Below are positions 7,609 to 17,068 of a DNA stretch of 64,000 bases, piece after piece. This DNA comes from Bacteriovoracaceae bacterium (lineage in GTDB: Bacteria; Bdellovibrionota; Bacteriovoracia; Bacteriovoracales; Bacteriovoracaceae). The DNA lies in NCBI GenBank assembly GCA_021737405.1, contig JAIPEG010000009.1:5028-69027 (forward strand), given 5' to 3'. Made by a program: the position numbers and the translations under genes. Each line of letters opens with the position of its first letter. Within the stretch, counting starts at the first letter, position 1. The notes beneath the pieces are model-generated. The model did no database searches and was not told where the DNA came from. It saw nothing but the letters and a program-made list of their open reading frames with translations.

Positions 7609-10109
7609 AGGATAAGCTGCATCTAGAAACCATTAATATGAAAGACTCCAATGAACTCGTCGAAGGGAATCTGAATGATTTTGTGCTTAAAAGTTTTAAT
7701 GAAGCTAGCTCGAAGTTGAGTCCTCTCTGGGACACTCGAGACTATGTAGCTGTAAATCCTTTTTTTGGCCAAAGGAATGATAAATTTCTAAACGTTGCAA
7801 ATTATCTAGAGGATGTTAGTGGCACTAATATTCTACCTAAAAAGGATTTTTTCAAAAGAAAGTACGAAGCGGGTGAAATAAGTGACTACGATTTAGAAGT
7901 AGGTCTAAGGCTTTGGGAAAGAGAGTCTGGCGAAGAGAAGCAATTAAGTCATCAGGACTTGCTTGATTATATTGAGAATACTACCTCTCGTAAAAGTGAG
8001 AAGCGGACTCTCAATTGTGTAAGTGATTTATTTGATTTAGAGAATAATTCAAAGTGCAGTGATCTCATTACTAATGAGATCTCTCGTTGGGCTTCTGCTT
8101 ACTTCGATGAGGGACAAGCTCTATGGAAGGTTTCAACCGAAGGGAAGACTCTTTATTCCTGGTGGAAGTCTCTTGCAAAGTATGAGGATCCTTTTAAGAA
8201 AGAGAATTCAGATTTCTTGGCGATTATAAAAGCGTTACCACATGAAGCTGAACACGCACTTGCCGTTTTAACGGAGAAGCTACTTAAGTACACCTCTTTA
8301 AACTCAAATGAATTATCGAATTATTACTTTAGATTGATCACAACCATTATGGGGTGGTCCTCTTATATTAAAAAGTTTGAATTTGAGGCCGGGCGCACTG
8401 GTGACTCCTCTCAACTGGATAAAGTGGGTGGTTTGATCGATATTCTTGCCATTCGTATGACCTATGACTTGGCGCTTTTAAGAGATAATTTAGAATTTAA
8501 GTATATATTGGCTCCTCTTAATTCTCAGAAGAAAGACTTTGATTTCGCCTATATTTGGCTTAATGCTGTAGAGAGTTCATATCGTAGAAAGGTAGAGAGC
8601 AAAATTTCTGAAAATCAGGTAAGTCAGGATTTGAGTAAAGTGCCTATGGTTCAAATGGCCTTTTGCATCGATGTTAGAAGTGAAATTCTGAGAAGGAAAT
8701 TAGAAAAGTCTTCAGATAATATTCAGACGATTGGCTTTGCAGGCTTTTTCGGAATGCCCATATCAATCAAAAAGTTGGGTCATGAACACGGAGATCAAAA
8801 CTGTCCGATTCTTCTAAATTCTGTGTTTGAGATTGGTGAAAAATCTTCTGGTCAAGAATCGGCACTCAAAGAGAGAAAGAAAGAATTCGTAAATAATCAG
8901 ATTTTTAGGAAACAGGTTCAGTCCTCAGCGAACTCTGGTTTTTCCTTTGTCGAGACTCTAGGTTTCTCCTATATTCCTAAAATGATCTTTAATGGTTTAG
9001 GAAGAAAGAGGCCTAATATCGATTTCTCTCTTCTTGGACTTACTCCTAAAGACAAGAGAAAAGTTAAGATTGATAGTTCTTCACTGTCTTTAGAAAATAA
9101 AGTGACAATGTCTTGGAATGCTTTAAAAAATATGGGGCTGACAAAGGCTTTTGGCAAATATGTGTTCTTTATAGGCCACGGAAGTGAATCGTCGAATAAT
9201 CCTTATGCCTCGGCCCTGGATTGTGGAGCATGTGCTGGTCACAATGGAGAAGGGAATGCTGAATTACTGGCCACACTTTTAAATCAAAAAGAGGTGCGAG
9301 AAGAGTTAGAGAAAAAAGGAATCTCGATTCCCAATGAAACCCTTTTCTTCAGTGGCTGGCATAACACCACTAGCGACAAAATAAATATAAGAGAGCCTGA
9401 AGAATTAAGAGACGAAAACAAAGAAGAGTTAATGAAAATCTACCAATCTTTCGAGAAAGCCTCTGAGGATTGTCGCCTTGAACGCTCGACAAAGTTTCCA
9501 ACGTGCTCTGATTTATTAGCAACCGAGCTCAAAAAGGAATTCGAGGAGAAAGCTTCGAATTGGTCGGAAATAAGACCAGAGTGGGGTCTCGCGAGAAACG
9601 CCTCATTTATTGTAGGGAGAAGGGACTTGACTAAAAATGTTGATCTCGAGGGACGTGCTTTTCTTCATGATTACAATTTTCATGAGGATCAGGACCTTTC
9701 CATACTTGAGCTTATAATGACTGCACCCATGGTGGTAACCAATTGGATTAATATGCAATATTATGCCAGTACGGTTAATCAGAAACGCTACGGGGCAGGA
9801 AATAAAGTTCTCAATAATGTCGTAGGAGGAATTGGTTGCTTAGAAGGAAACGGAGGCGACCTTTTAGGTGGTCTGACGGAGCAATCCGTTTGGTATAAAG
9901 GTGATTACTTTCACGAACCGATAAGATTACAAGTCTACATTGAGGCCGAAACATCAGCGATTAATCAGATTATTGAAAAGCATCTTTTGGTCAAAGAGCT
10001 TATATCCAATAATTGGCTGAAGGTTATAGCGATAAATCCAAATACTAAAAAGTTTAAATTGTATCAGACGGATAAGTGGATTGAGACAACCGAAGACTTA
10101 TGGAATTAA
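7605..10109 (+). CDS. dabA: DabA/MpsB (DUF2309) inorganic-carbon transporter subunit
   Basis: 834 aa. Motifs FCIDVRSE (C-x-D) and GHGSESSNNPYASALDCGAC (H-x14-C) match the beta-CA-like Zn site reported for DabA. Translationally coupled to dabB. Confidence 0.85.
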   Translation: MKDKLHLETINMKDSNELVEGNLNDFVLKSFNEASSKLSPLWDTRDYVAVNPFFGQRNDKFLNVANYLEDVSGTNILPKKDFFKRKYEAGEISDYDLEVGLRLWERESGEEKQLSHQDLLDYIENTTSRKSEKRTLNCVSDLFDLENNSKCSDLITNEISRWASAYFDEGQALWKVSTEGKTLYSWWKSLAKYEDPFKKENSDFLAIIKALPHEAEHALAVLTEKLLKYTSLNSNELSNYYFRLITTIMGWSSYIKKFEFEAGRTGDSSQLDKVGGLIDILAIRMTYDLALLRDNLEFKYILAPLNSQKKDFDFAYIWLNAVESSYRRKVESKISENQVSQDLSKVPMVQMAFCIDVRSEILRRKLEKSSDNIQTIGFAGFFGMPISIKKLGHEHGDQNCPILLNSVFEIGEKSSGQESALKERKKEFVNNQIFRKQVQSSANSGFSFVETLGFSYIPKMIFNGLGRKRPNIDFSLLGLTPKDKRKVKIDSSSLSLENKVTMSWNALKNMGLTKAFGKYVFFIGHGSESSNNPYASALDCGACAGHNGEGNAELLATLLNQKEVREELEKKGISIPNETLFFSGWHNTTSDKINIREPEELRDENKEELMKIYQSFEKASEDCRLERSTKFPTCSDLLATELKKEFEEKASNWSEIRPEWGLARNASFIVGRRDLTKNVDLEGRAFLHDYNFHEDQDLSILELIMTAPMVVTNWINMQYYASTVNQKRYGAGNKVLNNVVGGIGCLEGNGGDLLGGLTEQSVWYKGDYFHEPIRLQVYIEAETSAINQIIEKHLLVKELISNNWLKVIAINPNTKKFKLYQTDKWIETTEDLWN

Positions 10110-10190
10110 CTAGGTGTCTAATTTTTAAACAAATCCTGTAATGATGAATATTCTCCCTCATCAGCGAGGGCTAAGATGGTAAAAAGGGGT

Positions 10191-11090
10191 ATGAAAATGC
10201 CCCTTCTTTTTTGTCTCCTCATTTTGACCAAAATTTGCTTGGCCAGTGATGATTTCTTTATCGATTATTACAATAAGGGAAAGACTGAAGTGATGATGGT
10301 TTTCTCTTCCCATACGACTTCTGCTCAGGATAATGAACTTAAAAGGCTTTGGCGTATTCTTGATGGAGAGGTCTCTGATAGGCAAGTCTCTCATTTAAAA
10401 AAACAAATAGAGGCGAAGCTCTCACGAGAAAGGGAGGCCTTAGCACTTGAAAAGCAATTAGTTTCTCTCATTGAAGAAGAGCACAATCGCTCTCCCTTTC
10501 AAGGTGCCCTTGGAGAATTTTCAAAAGAAAAAAAAGACAGGTATCTTTTAAGAATTGAGGTCGCCAGTTTTGTTCGAATGAGGCTTTTTGAGAATCTCGA
10601 TATTGGTAAAGAAAAAATAAATGATTATATGCTTCTTCTCACGGGGGAAGATGTTTATCCCTTTTTGGAAGGAAACTTTCTAGCAGCTGTTCCACTGATA
10701 CCAAGTGAGGATCATGCTCTCCAAGAAGAAATTGGGACAAAGATAGCCACTTGCAAAGGAATGATGGGAACATTGAGTCTTGGAGGAAGTGAAATTTCTC
10801 AATACACTTCAACTATAATGGAGCCTTTCTATCGGCCTGATCCCCAAAACTATCCTACCTTCCTTAAAAGTCGTGAAGAATTGGTGGCGCTTTTTAAAGA
10901 AAATGGTCTTCTTCGCCTGAGGGTGGGAATTCCTAGTATTGACGATATAGAAGAAGCAGTTTCAAACTGTGATGCTCTCTTTGATACTAGAAGAGATGAT
11001 TTTACAGTAAGAGTAATTAAATCCTTGGCTCGAGGAAAATATCTTCTCACGAGAGGTATTGCTCATCGCCACCTGATGACATTGCCCTAG
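10191..11090 (+). CDS. hypothetical secreted protein
   Basis: Signal peptide MKMPLLFCLLILTKICLA. ATG at 10191 preceded by AAGGGG. No family recognised. Confidence 0.5.
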   Translation: MKMPLLFCLLILTKICLASDDFFIDYYNKGKTEVMMVFSSHTTSAQDNELKRLWRILDGEVSDRQVSHLKKQIEAKLSREREALALEKQLVSLIEEEHNRSPFQGALGEFSKEKKDRYLLRIEVASFVRMRLFENLDIGKEKINDYMLLLTGEDVYPFLEGNFLAAVPLIPSEDHALQEEIGTKIATCKGMMGTLSLGGSEISQYTSTIMEPFYRPDPQNYPTFLKSREELVALFKENGLLRLRVGIPSIDDIEEAVSNCDALFDTRRDDFTVRVIKSLARGKYLLTRGIAHRHLMTLP

Positions 11091-11197
11091 ATATAGTTTG
11101 CCTACTTCTATAGCTAAGGGCATTTACTCAAAAAAGTATTAGTTATACGTCAAAGCTAATCTACTTTACTTTCTAAGTGCCTAGAGTAAAAGAATTT

Positions 11198-12091
11198 ATG
11201 AAAATTTATGTCCTAATTCTCTGTTTATCTTTTACTTCTCGAACTATCGCGGAGTCTATAAAGCTTCCCTCACTCGAAAGGGGTCGCACGGATGTGAAAG
11301 TTCATTTACCTCGAGGCTTTAAAAAGCAAGATAAATGGCCCTTGATCATATCCATGCATGGTTATGGTGGGAATGCCACCATTCAAAACTATTATGTTCG
11401 ATTAGGCGCTTACAATAATAAGTTTGGTTTTGTTTATGCCGCACCAAATGGGCTAAAAGATAAAAATGATAAGGGCTTTTGGAATGCTTCTAACTTTTGT
11501 TGTGACTTTGAAAAGACTGAAATTGATGATGTGGGCTATATCAAAAATTTAATTGAACAAATCAGCCAATCTAAGGATATCGGTCGCATTGATAAAGATC
11601 GTATCTATCTAATTGGTTACTCCAATGGCGCGTTTTTGGCCTCAAAGATTGCATGCTCAAATGAAGTCAATATTGCTGGGATTGTCACCATCTCTGGAAC
11701 GAGTGATTTAAGAGATGAATTCGAAAACCTCATGCCTTTTGATAAATCACTTTGTGAACATAATCGTGCTATTCCTTTATTGCATGTCCATGGAACCCGC
11801 GATGAAACAATTCCTTACGAAGGAAAGGACAACGGTCATAACGGATCGGCAAGTGCCCTGTCGCAGGTGGCCCGCTGGGCAGATCAAAATGATTGCAAGG
11901 GAAAGCTTGTAAAGGTTGAAAGAAAATTAAACGCCTCTAACTTTGTGAAGGGTAAAGAGACAGAGTTCTTTGTTATGCAAGAGTGCCAGGCACCCGTTGA
12001 GCACTTTAAAATTAATGAAGGGACTCATTTTGGTATCTTTAAACGCAAGTTTACTAAGGCCATGTTGGAATTTCTCTTTCGCACGCGTTAA
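11198..12091 (+). CDS. secreted alpha/beta-hydrolase, PHB-depolymerase/esterase family (COG3509-like)
   Basis: Signal peptide. WPLIISMHGYGG and the nucleophile elbow GYSNG. HVHGTRDETIPY near the C-terminus. Confidence 0.6.
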   Translation: MKIYVLILCLSFTSRTIAESIKLPSLERGRTDVKVHLPRGFKKQDKWPLIISMHGYGGNATIQNYYVRLGAYNNKFGFVYAAPNGLKDKNDKGFWNASNFCCDFEKTEIDDVGYIKNLIEQISQSKDIGRIDKDRIYLIGYSNGAFLASKIACSNEVNIAGIVTISGTSDLRDEFENLMPFDKSLCEHNRAIPLLHVHGTRDETIPYEGKDNGHNGSASALSQVARWADQNDCKGKLVKVERKLNASNFVKGKETEFFVMQECQAPVEHFKINEGTHFGIFKRKFTKAMLEFLFRTR

Positions 12092-12278
12092 GAGTGGCGC
12101 TAAGCGTTTTTTTCGTTGTCTCTGACGCACATCTAAGTAAAAAGTTTCAAGTACCTAGACATTATTGAGATTAGAAAAAATACCCAATATAAATAAAAAG
12201 TGATTAATGTCTGTTTTTCTTCATATTTGCATGGTAGCTATGCGGCACCAATTTATTTTATTTAAATGGAGAGAGAGC

Positions 12279-12980
12279 ATGAAAACCGACACCCCTCGTG
12301 ATTGCCAGAAATGTGTAGCCTTTGATCATTGTATATTTCGTGACCTAAGTGAATCGGCAGCTAACATACTAAAAAAGAATAAGATTAAAAATACCTATAA
12401 AAAAGGCCAAACCCTCTTCATCGATGGGTTTAGCTCTCATGGAATATTCTGCGTATCAAAAGGTAGTATAAAATTAACGAAAAATTCATCTCAAGGAAAA
12501 GAATCAATTGTGAGGATTTCAAAAGTTGGCAGCTTTATAGACGAAGGGTTGTTTACAGATGGAATTCACAAATTAACGGCAACGGCCCTTGAGGACTCCA
12601 ACGTGTGTTTTATTGATAAGAGTTTTCTCGAAACGCTCATTCAGACGGAGCCAGGGTTAGGTTTAAAGATGATTAAAAGAATGTCAAAAAGGGCATTTAA
12701 GTTACAAACAAATCTTGTCTCGCTTCAGCACAAAAATGTAAGAGAAAGATTAGCAGAATTATTGATTCGATTAAAAGAAGAGCATAGTGACTGTGGTCCA
12801 GATGGGCGTTATAAAATAACTCTTAATTTGAAAAGAAGTGAAATGGCCACGATGGTCGGAACCGCAAATGAGACGATTATTCGCTTTATCAAGGAATTTA
12901 AAGAAGCCAATTTAATTGAAGAGATTGGAAAGACCATCTATATAAAAGATCTTCCTGAGCTATATAAATGGGCCAATTAA
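12279..12980 (+). CDS. Crp/Fnr family regulator with an FNR-type Cys cluster
   Basis: cNMP-binding-like fold plus C-terminal HTH (RSEMATMVGTANETIIRFIKEF). C9-x2-C12-x5-C18 plus C110 reproduces the E. coli FNR Cys20/23/29/122 spacing. ATG at 12279 preceded by GGAGAG. Confidence 0.8.
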   Translation: MKTDTPRDCQKCVAFDHCIFRDLSESAANILKKNKIKNTYKKGQTLFIDGFSSHGIFCVSKGSIKLTKNSSQGKESIVRISKVGSFIDEGLFTDGIHKLTATALEDSNVCFIDKSFLETLIQTEPGLGLKMIKRMSKRAFKLQTNLVSLQHKNVRERLAELLIRLKEEHSDCGPDGRYKITLNLKRSEMATMVGTANETIIRFIKEFKEANLIEEIGKTIYIKDLPELYKWAN

Positions 12981-13079
12981 TCTAATTAAAGGCCTGAAGC
13001 TAATTGCCAAAATTTTTGACAGGTTAGAAATTATTACAAGAAAACTCAATACTTTCATGGGTTTAGATATAATCTCGCT

Positions 13080-14225
13080 ATGAAATCATTAAAACTATTA
13101 CTCTCTCTTGTGCTCCTAAACTCTTGCCTAACAAAGGAAGACTTCACTGTCGTTGAAGGCTTTGAAGTTCAATTATCTAAATATGTCGTAGGAAGCCGCG
13201 ATAATAGAAGACTACTAACTAAGAGCACAGTTGATAGATCGACTGTCGCCATTGTTGGAGAAAATAACAATTTGGTTTGCACCGGGACGGCAATTGGTAC
13301 TTACTTTGTCTTAACAGCAGCCCATTGTCTTTACGATAAAGAGAAAAATCAAATCCGTCGTGACCTGACAGTAATCCCATATATTCACATGGCCGAGTAC
13401 TATAAGCCTTACACTAGGTTTTTGATTAAGAATATGTATGTTCCTAAATCCTACATCAATTCCGTTAAAGGAACTCCTTCTTCAATCGAGCGAGATATTG
13501 GTATTATTAAAGTTAGAAGCTTTCAAAATGCCCCCATTTTCGGCGACGTTGTTAAGACTCGAGAAGTGGGAACGATTGCTGATGTAAGGGACAATGGCAA
13601 TTTGCTGAGTATGGTCTCTTATACGGGCGAGGAGTCAAAGAAGGCCTTGTCTCAATATCGTCAAGACAGCTGCTACTATGTAGGACCTGTTAGGATAAAT
13701 TCAGGTGCCTTTAAACATGACTGCGATACCATGCCGGGAACTTCTGGATCTGGAATGGTATCTGGTGGAAAGGTTGTGGGAGTTAATACGAGTCACAGCA
13801 CGAGCTCCGTTTATAACTTCGGCGCCATTATCAAAGATTCTGACTTTGAAGAGATTAATCACATCATCAATAGAGAGCCTGAGCTTCTAAGAGACTTTCA
13901 AGATTTTGACGTCAAAGGGAAAGCCTATGTTGGTTTAGAAATCCGAAATAAATGCTCTATGGATATTCAGTTTGCTATTCACTATCAAGATATCGATGGG
14001 CGAGTGCAGACAAAGGGTTATTACACCGTTCATGCCAAGACTTTAATGCTAATGAATCTCAAACTTAGTAACACTTCTCCTTCGATTCATGCTCTTTCTG
14101 TGGATGGGGTGAATGAATGGAGAGGGGATCATAATATTAACTTTTATGACAAAAATCGACCTTTTAAAAAGGTTCACTTGAGACAAGCCTATGAGGATGG
14201 ATTAATTAATTTTGATTGTGATTAA
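13080..14225 (+). CDS. secreted trypsin-like (S1) serine protease with an unknown C-terminal domain
   Basis: Signal peptide. Catalytic motifs LTAAHC, ERDIGIIKV and DTMPGTSGSGM. About 120-aa C-terminal extension with no call. Confidence 0.75.
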   Translation: MKSLKLLLSLVLLNSCLTKEDFTVVEGFEVQLSKYVVGSRDNRRLLTKSTVDRSTVAIVGENNNLVCTGTAIGTYFVLTAAHCLYDKEKNQIRRDLTVIPYIHMAEYYKPYTRFLIKNMYVPKSYINSVKGTPSSIERDIGIIKVRSFQNAPIFGDVVKTREVGTIADVRDNGNLLSMVSYTGEESKKALSQYRQDSCYYVGPVRINSGAFKHDCDTMPGTSGSGMVSGGKVVGVNTSHSTSSVYNFGAIIKDSDFEEINHIINREPELLRDFQDFDVKGKAYVGLEIRNKCSMDIQFAIHYQDIDGRVQTKGYYTVHAKTLMLMNLKLSNTSPSIHALSVDGVNEWRGDHNINFYDKNRPFKKVHLRQAYEDGLINFDCD

Positions 14226-14501
14226 TTAAATTCTTAGGCACTCACGAATCTTGCGCCAAAGACTCTTCTTAGGAAAAGGCTTCTTATAAAGCTTCTCCCC
14301 GTTTTCATTGATTCTCACATTGATAAGCTTTTTCTTTGAGAGACTTAAGAGAATATTCTCTAAAGTTTCCTTATTAAAGTCAGCATGCTCCTTGAGGAAA
14401 TCTTCCTCAAAGTCCATGATAATTCTCTCCCAACTCATTTCTTCATAAAATGAGAGAACTTCTAAAACAGAATCTTGAAAGTCTTTTTTTACTTCAACCA
14501 T
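14226..14501 (-). CDS. hypothetical small acidic cytoplasmic protein, last gene of the apbE operon
   Basis: 91-aa ORF 4 nt downstream of apbE. No family recognised. Possible winged-helix-like C-terminus and basic tail. Confidence 0.5.
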   Translation of the reverse strand: MVEVKKDFQDSVLEVLSFYEEMSWERIIMDFEEDFLKEHADFNKETLENILLSLSKKKLINVRINENGEKLYKKPFPKKSLWRKIRECLRI

Positions 14502-14505
14502 TGAT

Positions 14506-15450
14506 TTACTTTTTAAAGCCTTTTAGGGCCTTCTCGCTTAAGTGACTCTTTCCGGCCTTATCAATAAGGATACCATAGATTTCTTCTCTGTTAAGAAGAG
14601 CGAGAGCATCTCTTGTATCTAAGGCCATGGCAATCGTGCCCCAAACATCAGTCTCAAGGCAAGTATCTCCAATAATGGTGCTTGAAACAACGGGAGAACT
14701 CTCTTGATCGTTATAAGAGGTAACAATATGATGGTCGCGGTCACTTGGATCTGATTTATTTTTTAAAATATAAGAGCCTGAAGTGGAGACACTGCCATTT
14801 TGAAGTTGAACTAGTCCTGCGGCTTGATTTGGATCTTTAGCAAACGGGTTTCGAATCCCAACTTTCCAAGGTCTTGGAGCGTCTACTTCTGAGTGAACTC
14901 GCATATCTCCAGAGCCATTGACCGAAAAGTTGATCACTCCCTTTTCTCTTAAAAATTCAAAAGCACGATCAACAGCATAACCCTTTCCAATCCCACCTAG
15001 ACCAATCCTCATCTTTGGAAAAGGTAAGAAGACAGTCATCGCTTTTTGATCAATTTGGACCTGGTTAAAATCTACATTTGAGCGCAGCAATTCTTTATCA
15101 ACGCTAGTAAGGGGCTGACCATTCGTTAGAGATTCTCGCCAGCGCTTACTAAAACTTGCGTATGTGAGATCAAAGACACCGTGAGATTTCTTAAAGAATT
15201 CAGAGGATTTACTTAAGAGGAAAAGCATTTCCTCATCGATTGGACAGGGGGCAATTCCAGCAAGGTCGTTAATCTTATTAAGGTCACTTGGTTTAAATTC
15301 AGTAAATTTACTTTCAATCCTGATGACCTCTTGATGGGCCTTTTGAAAGAGTTCTTTTAACTCTTCAATACGGTAGAGGCTTTGAGGGTAGGCCTTATAA
15401 ATAAATTGTCCACCCATTGCCGAAAAAGTTAATTCACAAGGGGCGGACAT
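14506..15450 (-). CDS. apbE: FAD:protein FMN transferase (ApbE/Ftp family)
   Basis: Motifs FSAMGG, GLGGIGKGYAVD, VNGSGDM, VSTSGSY...HHIV. No N-terminal signal peptide or lipobox. Confidence 0.8.
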   Translation of the reverse strand: MSAPCELTFSAMGGQFIYKAYPQSLYRIEELKELFQKAHQEVIRIESKFTEFKPSDLNKINDLAGIAPCPIDEEMLFLLSKSSEFFKKSHGVFDLTYASFSKRWRESLTNGQPLTSVDKELLRSNVDFNQVQIDQKAMTVFLPFPKMRIGLGGIGKGYAVDRAFEFLREKGVINFSVNGSGDMRVHSEVDAPRPWKVGIRNPFAKDPNQAAGLVQLQNGSVSTSGSYILKNKSDPSDRDHHIVTSYNDQESSPVVSSTIIGDTCLETDVWGTIAMALDTRDALALLNREEIYGILIDKAGKSHLSEKALKGFKK

Positions 15451-15458
15451 ATTATTTC

Positions 15459-15881
15459 CTAAAGTTTTGTTGGGGGTACATCTTTTTGATAAATGATGTT
15501 ACCAGATTCATCAATCACTAATGTTTGGGGAAGATTTAAGATACCCATTCCTTTAGAGAAAGACTTGTCCTTGTCCATAAGGATCTTATAAGAAAATCCA
15601 TGTTTCTTTAAAAACTTACTGATTTTCTTCGGAGTGTCTCCGGCACTAACGGCGACGAATTCAACCTTTGGATAATCTTTCTTTAGCTTTTCTAAAAGGG
15701 GGATTTCTTGAATACAACTCGTGCACCATGTGGCCCAAAAGTTGATGACAAGTTTTCGCTTTGATTTTAAAGGGAAACTAAAAGTCTTCTCTTCCTTGTA
15801 AATAGGAAGAGAGAAGTTTTTAAGTTCTTTGGCCCATAGAGGGCCTTGTAGTAAAAAGAAAAAGATTATAAGTACTTTCAT
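15459..15881 (-). CDS. periplasmic TlpA/ResA-like thiol-disulfide oxidoreductase
   Basis: Signal peptide and a thioredoxin-fold WATWCTSC (CxxC) motif. Confidence 0.8.
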   Translation of the reverse strand: MKVLIIFFFLLQGPLWAKELKNFSLPIYKEEKTFSFPLKSKRKLVINFWATWCTSCIQEIPLLEKLKKDYPKVEFVAVSAGDTPKKISKFLKKHGFSYKILMDKDKSFSKGMGILNLPQTLVIDESGNIIYQKDVPPTKL

Positions 15882-15889
15882 AAATCCCT

Positions 15890-17068
15890 CTAAAATTTAA
15901 AGCCAAAGCCCGTTTGGTAGTAGCCATAGCGCAGGCCATTGGTGCGCGTGCTGTAGACAAGGCTATGACTCCATGTAACATCTTCAAACTCTACGCCAAG
16001 AACTTTAAAGTCTTTTCTCATGGATTCGTAGAAAACACCACCTTCATAGGATTCATAAGACGCCATATCAGAATCACTTGTCATAAAAGTCTCTGCGGCT
16101 GCAAAGCGGCCTTTAAAGTATTTTGTTTCGTTTTGCTTATGAATTCGCGCAAAGATTTCCATAAAGCTTTCATCTTCTTCAATGTCAAAAAGATAAGCGC
16201 CTCTTACGGTATGGGCATTTATGTCCCACTGGTCCCAGTAGTAACGATAGCTAAGGTTCAAAGCACTCATTTTACTTAAGCCGTGAACCCATTTACTAGA
16301 GAGAGCATAACGGCTTCTTGTATCAGGCAGAACTTCGACTTCGCGAACCCCAGCGATATTGACTGTATTTGCCGTTGATTCCAAATAGCCCTTTGAGCGC
16401 GCAAAAGTAGCATCAAACTGAATAATATCTCTTACCGTTAGAATTTGACTGGCCGTTAGAGACGCCGCCATGATCTTTCGGCTTAGTCCTGTTGAGATTC
16501 TAGCAGCACTTGGAGGGGAGATATCTTTAAACAGACTGACTTCATCATTATAATATTGAAAAGAACCACCAAGAGTGAAGTTATCATTGGCAAAAGAGCG
16601 AGAAGCACTGAGCGTGCCATTTAAAGAGGTATAGTCATACTCACTTGAAAAGCCGACATCAAAACCATAGTTCCATACATTCGTTCCGACTTTCTTTTCT
16701 TGGCGTGCCCCAAGGTTAGCTGAAACTCTTGCCTGGCCCATAATGGGGGTTCCACTTGCACCGGTGTAGTTATCTAGTTTAGTGTCACTAGCAGCAGTCC
16801 ATGCATCAAAGACAATTCGGCCATTGATGGCAGTGTCTTCATTAATTTGATGCTCAATAAAGATCATCGGCTCGACAACATTGGTTTCTTCTCGACCTGA
16901 GTTGTCGGCAACCTGATTACCGTCGTTACTATTTTGATGATAGAGATTGAAGATCGTTTTAATTTTTGTTTTTCCCGCCTCCATCATTTCAGCAAAAGTA
17001 TTTTGCAAGGCCAGGATAAAGAAGAGAAAGCTATGGAGAATTTTGATAGTTTTCTTAGTTACATCCAC
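15890..17068 (-). CDS. DUF3570-like predicted outer-membrane beta-barrel protein
   Basis: Signal peptide, alternating beta-strand pattern, terminal aromatic residues (GFGFKF). Family assignment is from memory. Confidence 0.55.
   Translation of the reverse strand: MDVTKKTIKILHSFLFFILALQNTFAEMMEAGKTKIKTIFNLYHQNSNDGNQVADNSGREETNVVEPMIFIEHQINEDTAINGRIVFDAWTAASDTKLDNYTGASGTPIMGQARVSANLGARQEKKVGTNVWNYGFDVGFSSEYDYTSLNGTLSASRSFANDNFTLGGSFQYYNDEVSLFKDISPPSAARISTGLSRKIMAASLTASQILTVRDIIQFDATFARSKGYLESTANTVNIAGVREVEVLPDTRSRYALSSKWVHGLSKMSALNLSYRYYWDQWDINAHTVRGAYLFDIEEDESFMEIFARIHKQNETKYFKGRFAAAETFMTSDSDMASYESYEGGVFYESMRKDFKVLGVEFEDVTWSHSLVYSTRTNGLRYGYYQTGFGFKF

Noticed and set aside
10155-10170. CCCTC-N6-GAGGG hairpin after dabA, considered as a terminator.
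   Set aside because: The stem is only 5 bp, there is no T-tract, and the next gene starts about 20 nt later.
12092-12115. Possible terminator after the esterase gene (GC-containing imperfect stem followed by T7).
   Set aside because: I could pair only about 4 bp convincingly. The T-run alone is not enough.
12207-12278. 24-codon N-terminal extension of the FNR-type regulator ORF (MSVFLHICMVAMRHQFILFKWRES).
   Set aside because: The internal ATG at 12279 has a GGAGAG SD and places the Cys cluster at an FNR-like distance from the N-terminus. The extension looks non-native.
15914-16279. 121-aa + strand ORF nested in the DUF3570 gene. Similar nested ORFs occur at 816..1082, 41425..41724, 44121..44612, 54041..54352, 56779..57066 and elsewhere.
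   Set aside because: All lie entirely within longer ORFs that carry clear family motifs on the other strand or in another frame. They lack start-site signals and have odd composition.
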